Shown: piece after piece, positions 1-9,707 of the stretch
How positions within the stretch are numbered: the first letter of the stretch is position 1
How the letters are laid out: every line of letters begins with the position of its first letter
Origin: Pedobacter sp.
GTDB lineage: Bacteria > Desulfobacterota > Desulfuromonadia > Desulfuromonadales > Syntrophotaleaceae
Length of the DNA: 64,000 nucleotides
Assembly: GCA_050253415.1 (NCBI GenBank)
Contig: JBFWJC010000002.1
Coordinates: 512,725-576,724, forward strand
Reading direction: 5' to 3'
Program-made: the position numbers and the translations under genes
Notes under the pieces: generated by a model
Told to the model about the DNA's origin: nothing
Seen by the model: only the letters and a program-made list of their open reading frames with translations
The model's database searches: none

Positions 1-133
1 TCACTGGTCACTGGTCACTGGTCACTGGTCACTGGTCACTGGTCACTGGTCACTGGTCACTGGTCACTGGTCACTGGTCACTGGTCACTGGTCACTGGTC
101 ACTGGTCACTGGTCACTGGTCACTGGTCACTGG
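1..133. repeat. Perfect heptanucleotide tandem repeat (TCACTGG)x19, truncated by the window edge
   Basis: Direct read: 19 exact units; degenerate inverted copies (tgaccaatgac, accaatgac) follow at ~156-188. Confidence 0.98.
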
Positions 134-199
134 TGCGCCCTTAATGAACCACAATTGACCAATGACGACCCTTCTGTTACCAATGACGCTTCATCATGT

Positions 200-910
200 T
201 TATTTTTCCGTTCCCCGATCGAATCCTGCCAGAAGCTGAATCGATTTTCCGCTGACCCGAATGACCTCCTCGTCCGAGAGTTTTTTAAGCAAGCGCGAAA
301 AAGTTTCCGGCGTGGTGCCGAGCAGCATGGCAATCTCGCGTTTGGGGGCGGGTAGCTGTACAACACCGGTGCGATGTTTTTCATCCAGGGCGCGCAGATA
401 ACCGATAAAACGCTCGCGAATATCCGCAATGGCCAGTTGTTCGACCCGCTTCAGCATGAAGATCAGGCGCTGAGACAGGGTGCCGACCAGGTGCATGGCC
501 AAGGTCGGTGTCTGTTGCAGGCAATCGAACAGTTTGCGCACGTCGATCAGCAGCAGGGAACAATCTTCCAAAGTCATGGCGTTGACGGGGTAACGATTTT
601 TGAGATCCAGCAGGATTTCGGCGAAAAATTCCCCGGGCTGCACAAATCGTATGACCGCCTCCTTGCCTTCCTCGTTGGCGCGGTAGAGTTTCACCCGGCC
701 ACGCAGCAAAAAATGCACGGCATGCCCCTCTTCCCCCTCAAGAAACAGGATCTCCTTGCGACCGCGTTTCTGAAAGACACTGATTTCGTCAATGAGTTTG
801 TACAGGTCGGTTTCACTGGAGCCGAAGAAGCGGACCAGAAATTGTTCGATGGCTTTTTGTCGATCCATAAGCGGGACAGCCTCCTGATGGGAAATTGAAA
901 ATACCGACAT
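200..910 (-). CDS. Crp/Fnr family transcriptional regulator
   Basis: cNMP-binding domain (LFLEGE..GRVKLY..PGEFFAE) and C-terminal HTH EIAMLLGTTPETFSRLLKKL. Confidence 0.93.
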   Translation of the reverse strand: MSVFSISHQEAVPLMDRQKAIEQFLVRFFGSSETDLYKLIDEISVFQKRGRKEILFLEGEEGHAVHFLLRGRVKLYRANEEGKEAVIRFVQPGEFFAEILLDLKNRYPVNAMTLEDCSLLLIDVRKLFDCLQQTPTLAMHLVGTLSQRLIFMLKRVEQLAIADIRERFIGYLRALDEKHRTGVVQLPAPKREIAMLLGTTPETFSRLLKKLSDEEVIRVSGKSIQLLAGFDRGTEK

Positions 911-954
911 AACAATACCTTAGAAAAGATTCTGCTCCAAGGAGAAGTTTGGCG

Positions 955-1017
955 TTGACAGGATTGGAAAAAAAAGTAACATGCGGAAAGTCAGTATGCT
1001 GAATATCCGTATGCGGA
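955..1017 (+). promoter_or_regulatory. sigma70-like promoter with three 15-bp-periodic palindromic operators, probably MarR sites
   Basis: TTGACA at 955-960; gtaacatgcgga 976, tcagtatgctga 991, tccgtatgcgga 1006. Confidence 0.6.
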
Positions 1018-1031
1018 AAGCAGGAGGCTTC

Positions 1032-1451
1032 ATGGCACGGTTTGATATAGAAAAAAGCGTCGGTTTTATGCTGTCCAAGGCCCATCAGCGGCTTTTCAGT
1101 CATTTGGGCGAGGTACTCAACCCCTATGGGATTACTGCCAAGCAGTTTGCTTTGCTGGCCTTTTTGTGGAAGCAGGACGGCCTCTCGCAGACCGAATTAT
1201 CGGAACGTTCCGAAATCGATCGTACCACCCTGAGCGGCATGGTCGACCGGCTGGAAAAGGCAGGCCTGGTGCAACGTGACCCTTCGCCTGAAGATCGTCG
1301 GGCTTTTTTGCTGAGGCTTACCGAACAAGGGGCAGCTCTGGAGAGCGAGCTGAGTGACCTGGCGTTTCAGGTTCGCCGGGATCTGTTCAGTCGCTTTGCC
1401 GAAGGGGAATACGAGCAGCTTTGCATGCTGCTGGACAAAATGCGCCGTTGA
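1032..1451 (+). CDS. MarR family transcriptional regulator
   Basis: wHTH motifs LSQTELSE..DRLEKAGLVQR..EDRRAFLLRLTEQG; AGGAGG RBS before ATG 1032. Confidence 0.93.
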   Translation: MARFDIEKSVGFMLSKAHQRLFSHLGEVLNPYGITAKQFALLAFLWKQDGLSQTELSERSEIDRTTLSGMVDRLEKAGLVQRDPSPEDRRAFLLRLTEQGAALESELSDLAFQVRRDLFSRFAEGEYEQLCMLLDKMRR

Positions 1452-1550
1452 TGCGGCCATGAGTTCCGAAAGCTTGAAATTGCAGACCTACGGCTGGAGA
1501 TCTTTGATTCCGGGTTTTCAGCCTGCCACTTTGATCACAAGCGAGGAAAC

Positions 1551-2816
1551 ATGAAACCTCTGGTATGGCTTGTTCTGGCCTTGACGCTGACGATCGCAGG
1601 CGCGGCCGGGGCGGAAACCCTGACCCTTGAAAACTGTCTGCAACTGGCTCGTGCACACAACCCTGATCTGGCGCGTGCGTCCCTTGGTCCCCAACAGGCC
1701 GAAGCCGAAATCCAGCGGGCTCGCAGCGGCTATCTGCCGCGTCTTGATCTGGAAGGAGGCTATACCGTTCAGCAGGATGCCCAGGCGGTTTCAATCCTGG
1801 GGCGCACGGTTCCCATGCAGGATGCCAATTATGGGCATGTCAGCCTTCAAGCCCATCAGACCCTGTACGATTTCGGTCGCACCGGCGGACGCCTGGCCCA
1901 GGCCCAGGCTTACCACCAGGCCGTGCAGCAGGATTTTGCAGCCCTTACTCAGGATGTCTTTTTGCAGACGGTCATCGTTTATTACCGGTTGCTCGAGGGA
2001 CAACGTCTTCTGCAGGCGGCCGAGCAGGAGGTCGCCCAGATGCGTGAGCACCTGGCGCGTGCCGAGGTGCTGTTTGAGCAGGGAGTGGTAACGCGCAACG
2101 ATGTGCTGCAGGCCAAGGTGCAGTTGGCCAGTAGCAGCCAGTTACGCTTGCGGCGCAGCAACGAGGTCGACAACGGCTGGTTGGATCTTAATTATCTGAC
2201 CGGGCGTAGCCCCGGAAACGACGACCAATTACAGGAAGCGCAGGTGCTCATTGCGGTGCCGGAAAGTGAAGCTGAACAGGCCGTGGCAGCGCGACCGGAT
2301 CTTGAAGCCCAGCGGCAAAGGGTGACTGCCGCCGCCGCACAGGTGCAACAGAGCCGGGCCGAGTACTTCCCCGAGCTGTATGTTCGGGGTGGGGTCGATT
2401 ACCTGGAAAACAGCCATTATGAAGAGCAGGCCATTTACGCTGCGGGAATCGGGCTCAAGGTTAATCTGTTTAACGGTCGGGCCACCGATGCCGGATATCA
2501 GAAGGCACAGTCGGCCCTTGCCGAGCAGCGCCGGGCCCTTGAAGCCCTGACGCGCCAGGCGGTTCTGGAATATCGCAGTGCCGTCAACGATAGCCAGGTA
2601 GCGCAAGAGCGTATTTCCGTCAGTAAAGAGGCGATTCGCCAGGGAGAGGAAAACCTGCGGATCAATCAACAGCGCTATCAGGAACAGGTAGGGACCGCCA
2701 CGGATGTCATCGATGCGCAAACCCTGCTGACCCAGGTACGAACCGAATATTATCAGGCCCTGTTTGAATACCAGGTGGCCCTGGCAAGGCTGCGCAAAGC
2801 GACCGGGTCGTTGTGA
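1551..2816 (+). CDS. TolC family outer membrane efflux protein
   Basis: Signal peptide, LTLENCLQLARAHNPDL, two OEP repeats, C-terminal ALARLRKATG. Confidence 0.92.
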   Translation: MKPLVWLVLALTLTIAGAAGAETLTLENCLQLARAHNPDLARASLGPQQAEAEIQRARSGYLPRLDLEGGYTVQQDAQAVSILGRTVPMQDANYGHVSLQAHQTLYDFGRTGGRLAQAQAYHQAVQQDFAALTQDVFLQTVIVYYRLLEGQRLLQAAEQEVAQMREHLARAEVLFEQGVVTRNDVLQAKVQLASSSQLRLRRSNEVDNGWLDLNYLTGRSPGNDDQLQEAQVLIAVPESEAEQAVAARPDLEAQRQRVTAAAAQVQQSRAEYFPELYVRGGVDYLENSHYEEQAIYAAGIGLKVNLFNGRATDAGYQKAQSALAEQRRALEALTRQAVLEYRSAVNDSQVAQERISVSKEAIRQGEENLRINQQRYQEQVGTATDVIDAQTLLTQVRTEYYQALFEYQVALARLRKATGSL

Positions 2817-2836
2817 CCCTTGGGAGGAGGCGGGAC

Positions 2837-3913
2837 GTGACGGACGAAAATCAGGAAAAACAAGTGAAGAATGGGTCGCGCAAGCGCCATGTAAAAGTGG
2901 TGATGATGACCATGTTTCTGGGAGTGCTGTTGGGTGGCATGATGCTCTGGTACAACAGCAAGGCACATGTGGAAACGGATGATGCCTTTATTGAATCGCA
3001 TGTACATCTGATCTCGCCACGGATCTCAGGTCATGTGCTGCAGGTGCTGGTTGAGGATAACCAGCGGGTGCGGCGCGGCGATCTGCTGGTGCAACTCGAT
3101 CCGGTCGATTATCAGGTGCGTGTCGAGCGGGCCGAGGCTCTGCTGATGCAGGCCGAGGATGAAACCAGCGGACATCAGGCCGGGGTCGCGCAAGCCAGGG
3201 CGGCCGTGTCGCAGGCGCAGGCTCACGTCGATCAGGCGCAACTCGATCTTAAGCGCGGCGAGGCCCTTTACAACCGTCAGGTCATCCCCAGGGAGCAGCT
3301 CGATCGGCTGCGCACGGCGCTGCGGGTGGTTCAGGCCGGGTTGAAGGAAAGTCGCGAGGCCCTGCGGCGGGCCGAGACCCTGGTCGGCCGGTCTGACCAG
3401 GGGGTCGAGGCGCGTGTTGCCTTACGGCAGGCGGAGCTCAAGTCCGCCCGACTCGACCTTTCCTATACCCGCATCGTTGCCCCGGTGGATGGTTACGTGA
3501 CGCGGAAGAATGCCGAGGTTGGCAACAACGTACGCCAGGGACAACCGCTGCTGGCAGTGGTTGAACTTGAGAAGCCCTGGATTGTGGCCAACTACAAGGA
3601 AGGGCAACTGGCGCATATGCGTCCGGGGCAAAAGGTGGAATTCACCGTCGATGGCTATCCGGGGAAAAGCTTCAGCGGTCGGGTCGACAGCATCATGGCC
3701 GGCACCGGCGCGGCCTTTTCCCTGTTGCCGCCGGAAAATGCCACCGGTAATTACGTCAAGGTGGTACAGCGCGTACCGGTGAAGATTCTCATCGACGAAG
3801 ACAGCGATCCGGCGCATCTGCTGCGCATCGGCATGAGTGTGGTGCCGAGTATCGATACGGGACTGAGTCTGGGTAAGGCGCTGGCAGGGCTCAATCCTTT
3901 TGCAGGGGAATGA
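2837..3913 (+). CDS. emrA: HlyD/EmrA family membrane fusion protein
   Basis: ETDDAFI, N-terminal TM, FSLLPPENATGNYVKVVQRVPVKI; GGAGG before GTG 2837 (ORF open from 2813). Confidence 0.92.
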   Translation: MTDENQEKQVKNGSRKRHVKVVMMTMFLGVLLGGMMLWYNSKAHVETDDAFIESHVHLISPRISGHVLQVLVEDNQRVRRGDLLVQLDPVDYQVRVERAEALLMQAEDETSGHQAGVAQARAAVSQAQAHVDQAQLDLKRGEALYNRQVIPREQLDRLRTALRVVQAGLKESREALRRAETLVGRSDQGVEARVALRQAELKSARLDLSYTRIVAPVDGYVTRKNAEVGNNVRQGQPLLAVVELEKPWIVANYKEGQLAHMRPGQKVEFTVDGYPGKSFSGRVDSIMAGTGAAFSLLPPENATGNYVKVVQRVPVKILIDEDSDPAHLLRIGMSVVPSIDTGLSLGKALAGLNPFAGE

Positions 3914-3985
3914 ACTTCCAGGGCCGTCAGGCGAGCGCGTCCTTGAACTTAACAGGCTCATGCCGATCTTTAAGGAGGTCTTATC

Positions 3986-4216
3986 ATGGACATCGAACGC
4001 TTCGAACAGCTTCGGGATTTGATCGGGTATGATAATGAGCGCATGGCCAAGATGTTTAATATTGAGGTAACCGAGGTGGAGGCCTTTTGCGCCGGGAGCA
4101 AACCGGTGCCGGACAAACTGGCCAACGAACTGGAATTATTTGTTGATTGGGCGAGTGAGGTCGGGGATACCACCGTAAAAAGAGAATTAGCCAAAAAGCA
4201 CTGGGGAAACCCTTGA
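3986..4216 (+). CDS. Small 76-aa protein with Cro/XRE-like HTH pattern
   Basis: Strong AAGGAGG RBS; LRDLIG..MAKMFNI....VEAFCAG..P pattern. Confidence 0.7.
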   Translation: MDIERFEQLRDLIGYDNERMAKMFNIEVTEVEAFCAGSKPVPDKLANELELFVDWASEVGDTTVKRELAKKHWGNP

Positions 4217-4382
4217 AATGAGTCTCTTCCTGAACCACGCATCGTGTCCCTTTAAGAGCTGATGGCAGAGTGTCTTAAAGCACCTTGTCGGTAGGAGACA
4301 TGCTGGCAACGCGTTGCTGCAATGATCCGGAAAGTCCGGATGAGCCAATGCCTGTTTTCAGATAAAAGCTAGGAATAAAAAC

Positions 4383-5915
4383 ATGATGCAGAAGCGACAG
4401 GTCAACAAGTGGCTGGTGACCCTGGCGGTCATGATCCCGACGGTTATGGAGGTTATCGACACCTCGGTTGCCAATGTGGCGCTGCCGCATATGCAGGGTT
4501 CCCTGAATGCCGGCACCGACGAAATCACCTGGGTCCTGACTTCCTATCTGGTCAGCAACGCCGTCGTTTTGCCGATGACCGGCTGGTTGGCGCGTATGTT
4601 TGGTCGCAAGCGCTTCTTGTTGACCTGCATCGTGCTGTTCACCCTGACCTCTTTGTTATGCGGTGCGGCGCCGACTCTGGAAGCCTTGGTCCTGTTCCGT
4701 GTTTTGCAGGGGGCGGCGGGCGGTGCGTTGATCCCCATGAGTCAGGCGATCGTCATGGAATCTTTTCCCGTCAGTGAACGGGGTATGGCCATGGCGGTAT
4801 TTGGTGTCGGCGCCATGTTCGGGCCGGTCATCGGACCGGCGCTGGGGGGCTGGGTCACCGATAATATCAATTGGCGCTGGATCTTCTACATCAATGTGCC
4901 TTTCGGTATTTTGGCCGTCATTCTGGTCTCTTATTTTGTCTTCGATCCGGAATACCTGAAAAAGAAATCCCGCATCATTGTAGACTACTGGGGGCTGGCT
5001 TTGCTTTGTATCGGCCTTGGAGCCTTGCAGTTGGTGCTCGACAAGGGGCAACTCGAAGATTGGTTTTCCTCCTCATTCATTATCACGGCTTCGGTAGTCG
5101 CTGTTTTGGGACTGCTGGCCATGGTATGGGTTGAGTTGCGTCAGCCGCAGCCGATCATCAATCTGCGCCTGTTTCGCCACCCGACTTTCGCCATCGGCAA
5201 CTTCATGATGTTCCTGTTCGGTTTCTGCCTGTACGGTGCGGTGGTCATGATCCCCCTGTTTCTGCAGACTCTGATGGGATACAACGCAACCCTTGCAGGG
5301 ATGGTGCTGGCGCCGGGCGGTATCGCCACGTTGATTACCATGCCGCTGGTGGGGGCGGCACTGCGCCGGGTGGACAGTCGCCTTTTTCTGGTCTGCGGGT
5401 TTGCCACTTCCGCTGCCGCGTTGTTCATCATGCAGGGCTTCAACCTTGAGGCTTCGCTGTGGGACTTTATCTGGCCGCGCATTATCCTCGGTTGCGGATT
5501 CGGGATGATTTTCGTGCCGCTGTCCACCACCACCCTGTCGGTCATTCCCCGTGAGGAGATGGGCAATGCCACCGGCATGTACAACCTTCTGCGAAATATC
5601 GGAGGAGGTGTCGGTATCGCGGTGTGTACTACCTGGTTGGCGCGTTACGCCCAGTTTTACCAGAACAACCTGGTGTCCCACGTCAATCCTTTCAACCCGA
5701 TTTTCCAGCAGCACTTTGCCACTCTTAAAGAGGCGGCCCTTGTGCGTGGTGTTCTGCCTGCCCAGGTTGATGGCAAAGTGATGGCGCTGATATATGGCGA
5801 AGTAAGACGCCAGGCCGGGGTACAATCGTACAACCGGATTTTCTGGTTGCTCGGTGCAGTCTACCTTGCGATGATACCGCTTGTGTTCCTGTTGAAGCGC
5901 GAGAAAAAAGCCTGA
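4383..5915 (+). CDS. emrB: DHA2 family MFS efflux permease (EmrB/QacA)
   Basis: MEVIDTSVANVALPHM, WVLTSYL, GWLARMFGRKR, WRWIFYINVP; ~14 hydrophobic segments. Confidence 0.94.
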   Translation: MMQKRQVNKWLVTLAVMIPTVMEVIDTSVANVALPHMQGSLNAGTDEITWVLTSYLVSNAVVLPMTGWLARMFGRKRFLLTCIVLFTLTSLLCGAAPTLEALVLFRVLQGAAGGALIPMSQAIVMESFPVSERGMAMAVFGVGAMFGPVIGPALGGWVTDNINWRWIFYINVPFGILAVILVSYFVFDPEYLKKKSRIIVDYWGLALLCIGLGALQLVLDKGQLEDWFSSSFIITASVVAVLGLLAMVWVELRQPQPIINLRLFRHPTFAIGNFMMFLFGFCLYGAVVMIPLFLQTLMGYNATLAGMVLAPGGIATLITMPLVGAALRRVDSRLFLVCGFATSAAALFIMQGFNLEASLWDFIWPRIILGCGFGMIFVPLSTTTLSVIPREEMGNATGMYNLLRNIGGGVGIAVCTTWLARYAQFYQNNLVSHVNPFNPIFQQHFATLKEAALVRGVLPAQVDGKVMALIYGEVRRQAGVQSYNRIFWLLGAVYLAMIPLVFLLKREKKA

Positions 5916-6131
5916 TCGACAGGTAACGCCGGCATGCCGCCAGATCCGATCTCCCATTGTGTAAAAAGCTTATCCGGAAAACAGAGTGAGCCTTTTGGGT
6001 TTGCAGCAGCAAAACCTCGCGATTTTTGGATCGCGAGGTAAAATAAGCAAACAACAGTATTTTTTTCTACCTCTGGTTCTCATCACCTGATATCTTCAGC
6101 CATCTCAAACCCCCTTGCATTCGAGTAACTC

Positions 6132-6611
6132 ATGGACAAAAACGCTCTTCGTATCCAGATTATTAACCGGTTGGAGGCCGATTACGCATTGCAGTTGCAG
6201 GCCGCAAAGGCCGCCCACGCCACTGCGACCCACGATGAGAATATCCCCGACAATAAATACGCTACCCTGGGCCTGGAAGCCTCCTATTTAGCTCAGGGAT
6301 ATGCCAATCGTGCCCAGGAGATTCTGCAAGCGTTGAATGCGTTTCGGCAACTGACCCTGCAGAGCTTTTCTGAAAAGTCGCCGATCCGACTTACGGCGCT
6401 GGTGCAACTAGAGGATGATGAAGGGCAGACCAGACTGATTTTTCTTGGCCCGGCTGCGGGTGGCTTACGCCTGGAATATGACAAACAGGAGATCATGGTT
6501 ATTACGCCCGCATCTCCCCTTGGGATGGAACTGATTGGTAAGCAGTGCGGTGATGTGGTTGAAATTATCAGCGACGCTGTCCGGGAATACGAAATTATTT
6601 CGGTCTGTTGA
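6132..6611 (+). CDS. GreA/GreB-like elongation factor family protein
   Basis: N-terminal coiled coil; C-terminal VITPASPLGMELIGKQCGDVV. Confidence 0.8.
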   Translation: MDKNALRIQIINRLEADYALQLQAAKAAHATATHDENIPDNKYATLGLEASYLAQGYANRAQEILQALNAFRQLTLQSFSEKSPIRLTALVQLEDDEGQTRLIFLGPAAGGLRLEYDKQEIMVITPASPLGMELIGKQCGDVVEIISDAVREYEIISVC

Positions 6612-6680
6612 TGCGTGATGAAGGCCCGCGGTAGATTTTATGGCGCGCGTTGTACGTAGCCCCTGTTGCGGTCAAACGGG

Positions 6681-8306
6681 TCAGGCATCACCGTTCCAGA
6701 AGATGGCTTGATTTCGTCCAGCATCTTTGGCCTTATATAGGGCTTTATCCGCGGCCTTTATCAATCCTTCCACCGTCGTTGCCGTATCCGGGAAGGTCGC
6801 GACCCCTATCGACAGGGTGACAGGCCCTATGTTACGCCCACCAAAGAAGAAGTTGTGGCTTCGTACCAGGTCTCCCAATTTTTTCGATGTTCTTATTGCC
6901 TCGGCACTATCGGTCTCAGGCAGCAACAGGGTAAATTCTTCTCCACCGTAACGACAGGATATATCCTCGCAGCGAATGTTTTTATGGATCAGCAGTCCTA
7001 TTTCACTTAAGACATAATCTCCTGCGTCATGTCCGTAGCGATCATTGAAATTTTTGAAATGATCCACGTCGATCATCAAAACCCCAAGTTGCCGCTGCCG
7101 CCGTGTGGCGCGACTTAACTCATGATCAAAAATTTCCATTAGATAACGACGGTTATGCAAGCCGGTTAACGGGTCGCGAATCGCTTGCTGTCGCAGGTCC
7201 TCGCGCAGGTCCAGATTCGCAAGCGTCAGGCTGGTATGCTCTGCCACGGCTTTCGTCAGTTGAGCCATTTCCGGGGTTATTTCGGCTCCCTCAGGTAACA
7301 TCAAGTGTAGCACCCCGTGAGTTACGCCCTGGGCAACCAGTGGCACGCAGATCATTCGCTGACCATTCTTCTTCGCATGGGAACAGGTCATCGTCCCATC
7401 AAGTGGGCTACCGATGTGCAGTTGTCCCGTCCTCAAGGCCCAGCATTGATCCGGCTGATAGACAGATTCACCAACACAGTCGCCATTCCAGCAGATTTTT
7501 TGTTCGAGTTGGTTTTTCGAGTTCCGATACAATGCAATGGATCCTGGGAAGCCAGGCATGAGAATGGAGGAAACCAGTTTAACCACCTCCAAAGCCTCTT
7601 CTCTGGTTTTGCAGACAATCAGTTGCGTACTTAAAGTTTGCAGGGTTTCGATTTCCTTCGTTCGCTCACTGACGCGTCTTTCAAGTTCCAGCTGACCCAA
7701 TTTAACCAATTTGACGATATGGCGCGAAGCAAGCCATGTCAAAAAGGCGGCAAGGATCAGGGTGATAAGTCCAACCATTCCGAGAACCAGTTGTTGATCC
7801 ATTCTATCATGCGCCAGATCGTTAAGCGGCAGCGCTACGCGGAAGTACCCTTTAGAATATTGGCTGCTGTAGCGTACGGCAAGATAAAGAAGATCAATAT
7901 TCAAGGTAGAGCTGAACCGTCTTGATAGCCCTACTCCCAATTCTTCGGCCATAAGGATTTCGGGGCGCTTCGCATGGTTTTCGATGACACGGACTTCTTC
8001 AAGAGGCAGGTTGGAATCGCCTAAGACGGTGCCATCCAGATCGATGATGGTGACTCGAAAAGGTCCGGACTTGGCAAAGGTGTCGGCCAAATGGTCGAAT
8101 TTCGCAAGGCTCGGGCTTGGGCCGAGCAGGTAGATCATTTCGGCACCGCTGCGCGCCAAACGGGTCAGATTGAGCTCAGTGCGTTTTGTTGCCACTTGTA
8201 GAAAGTGGACATTTAGTAGAGTTAACGCAAGCGACAGGGCAAGCGTCACTGCTAGGAATGGGGCAATCAATATTCGTTTATTTTTCAGCGAATTCAGCTT
8301 ATCCAT
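6681..8306 (-). CDS. Membrane diguanylate cyclase: PhoR-like sCache sensor, GAF, GGDEF
   Basis: RVTIIDLDGTVLGDS..ENHAKRPE..RFSSTL between two TMs; GAF (CVPLVAQG); DPLTGLHNRR, RYGGEEF, RxxD (RCED); start 8306 inferred (ORF open to 8396). Confidence 0.9.
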   Translation of the reverse strand: MDKLNSLKNKRILIAPFLAVTLALSLALTLLNVHFLQVATKRTELNLTRLARSGAEMIYLLGPSPSLAKFDHLADTFAKSGPFRVTIIDLDGTVLGDSNLPLEEVRVIENHAKRPEILMAEELGVGLSRRFSSTLNIDLLYLAVRYSSQYSKGYFRVALPLNDLAHDRMDQQLVLGMVGLITLILAAFLTWLASRHIVKLVKLGQLELERRVSERTKEIETLQTLSTQLIVCKTREEALEVVKLVSSILMPGFPGSIALYRNSKNQLEQKICWNGDCVGESVYQPDQCWALRTGQLHIGSPLDGTMTCSHAKKNGQRMICVPLVAQGVTHGVLHLMLPEGAEITPEMAQLTKAVAEHTSLTLANLDLREDLRQQAIRDPLTGLHNRRYLMEIFDHELSRATRRQRQLGVLMIDVDHFKNFNDRYGHDAGDYVLSEIGLLIHKNIRCEDISCRYGGEEFTLLLPETDSAEAIRTSKKLGDLVRSHNFFFGGRNIGPVTLSIGVATFPDTATTVEGLIKAADKALYKAKDAGRNQAIFWNGDA

Positions 8307-8380
8307 AGATGACCAGCAAAGTATGCAGGTTTTCCCTTCGGGGAAAACCTTGAATGATAGGGGGTGCCAATGGTCTACAA

Positions 8381-8395
8381 TCAAGTTCTGTGCCA
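8381..8395 (-). promoter_or_regulatory. Candidate sigma54 (-24/-12) promoter for the DGC gene
   Basis: Minus strand TGGCAC-AGAAC-TTGA, one mismatch to TGGCAC-N5-TTGC, correct spacing. Confidence 0.5.
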
Positions 8396-8942
8396 TCTGA
8401 TGGCCTAAATACCAGAATTGTTTTGTTTATATGATCGCCAAATCAAAAGTTTTGTTTTGAGGTGGCAAGGTTGACAGTTTTCGGCTATTCGAGCCGATAT
8501 AGCCTTAAGTTGTCGATAGCGTGTTACTACAAATAGTTCGATGGCGTATTGGCGCTTCTTTGGAAGTTAGGAATAAAGATAGAAATCAATAAAAATGGGT
8601 ATCAGTAGGTGGGGCAATAGTGGGGGCAGCCACATATAATAAAGCCAAAGGTCCGTTACTTGCGTTTGTTACTTGTCGGTAAGGGGAATTGTATCCCCCC
8701 GGATCTGTCCTGCGGCTAAAGGTAATCCGCCAAAATTCGGTTGTTAATCCTCTCCTGGACAGGGTATTAAAAATATATAGATTGACGAAGTCTCATTTAA
8801 TCCCAGGTCCATTGATGGTTAGCTGTAAGTGAGAGGGTTTACCTTTTTGTCTAAGAGATATGCAGAGTCCGGTGATCTTTGATCCTATCCTGCGCATCGC
8901 TTCGTTCAAGGGAAAGCTACTAAGCAGCACAAAGGAGGCATT

Positions 8943-9593
8943 ATGCGTCATGAACATAATCCCTGTAGAGCCTATATCAAGGTCAGTATACTGGCAATCC
9001 TCTGCGTTTTGATGATGGTCGGAGGGGGCTCATCCGTTGCCCCGGCCGCTACGAGCTCCAGACCTGAAACTTGGGCTACTCCGGTTTCGGCGCATCCTGG
9101 CCTGCCGAATCTGCATCGCGTTAACGCGACACTTTATCGGTCTGCGCAACCGACAAGGGAGGGCTTTGTGTTTTTGAGTGCCCAGCCGAGTCTTTCTGGT
9201 GCGGATGCTCCGATCAAAACAGTTGTCTCATTACGAACTTTCAACGATGACGCCCCTCTTCTGCCGGCAGAATCAGGCTTACGCCTTGAGCAGATTCACT
9301 GCAAAACCTGGCATCCCGAGGATGAAGATGTTGTTAAGTTTTTACGCATAGCAACTACGCCCACGTTGCAACCTGTTCTGGTGCATTGTCTGCACGGCTC
9401 GGATCGGACCGGCACCATGGTGGCGATCTATCGAATCGCTTACCAAGGGTGGAGCAAGGCCCAGGCTACGGACGAGATGGTCAACGGAGGCTTTGGCTAT
9501 CATCCGATGTGGCAGAACTTGCTGCACTACATCGACGAACTCGATGTCGATGCCATCAAGGAAGAAGTTGTCAGGCAAGGAACTTGGCAATAG
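8943..9593 (+). CDS. Exported protein-tyrosine/dual-specificity phosphatase family protein
   Basis: LYRSAQP and P-loop VHCLHGSDRTG; N-terminal hydrophobic signal; AAGGAGG RBS. Confidence 0.88.
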   Translation: MRHEHNPCRAYIKVSILAILCVLMMVGGGSSVAPAATSSRPETWATPVSAHPGLPNLHRVNATLYRSAQPTREGFVFLSAQPSLSGADAPIKTVVSLRTFNDDAPLLPAESGLRLEQIHCKTWHPEDEDVVKFLRIATTPTLQPVLVHCLHGSDRTGTMVAIYRIAYQGWSKAQATDEMVNGGFGYHPMWQNLLHYIDELDVDAIKEEVVRQGTWQ

Positions 9594-9670
9594 CAACCTG
9601 GTTGAAAAAACAGGCCGGTTCAATATAACAACTGTTCTTCCTGGAAGCCTTACTCCTGACCAGAGGTATC

Positions 9671-9707
9671 AAAAAAATGGCGCTCACGTTTATGTGGCGC
9701 CATTTTT
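9671..9707. terminator. Intrinsic terminator-like hairpin
   Basis: aaaaatggcgc..gcgccattttt. Confidence 0.6.

Noticed and set aside
1..133. CRISPR array
   Set aside because: Pure 7-mer tandem repeat, no spacers, no cas genes
4304..4318. sigma54 promoter TGGCAACGCGTTGC before emrB
   Set aside because: GG-GC spacing is one base short
8608..8702. ggtggggcaatagtgggggca plus a faint tRNA-end-like stretch as an att-site relic
   Set aside because: Too degenerate; no integrase or matching repeat in the window
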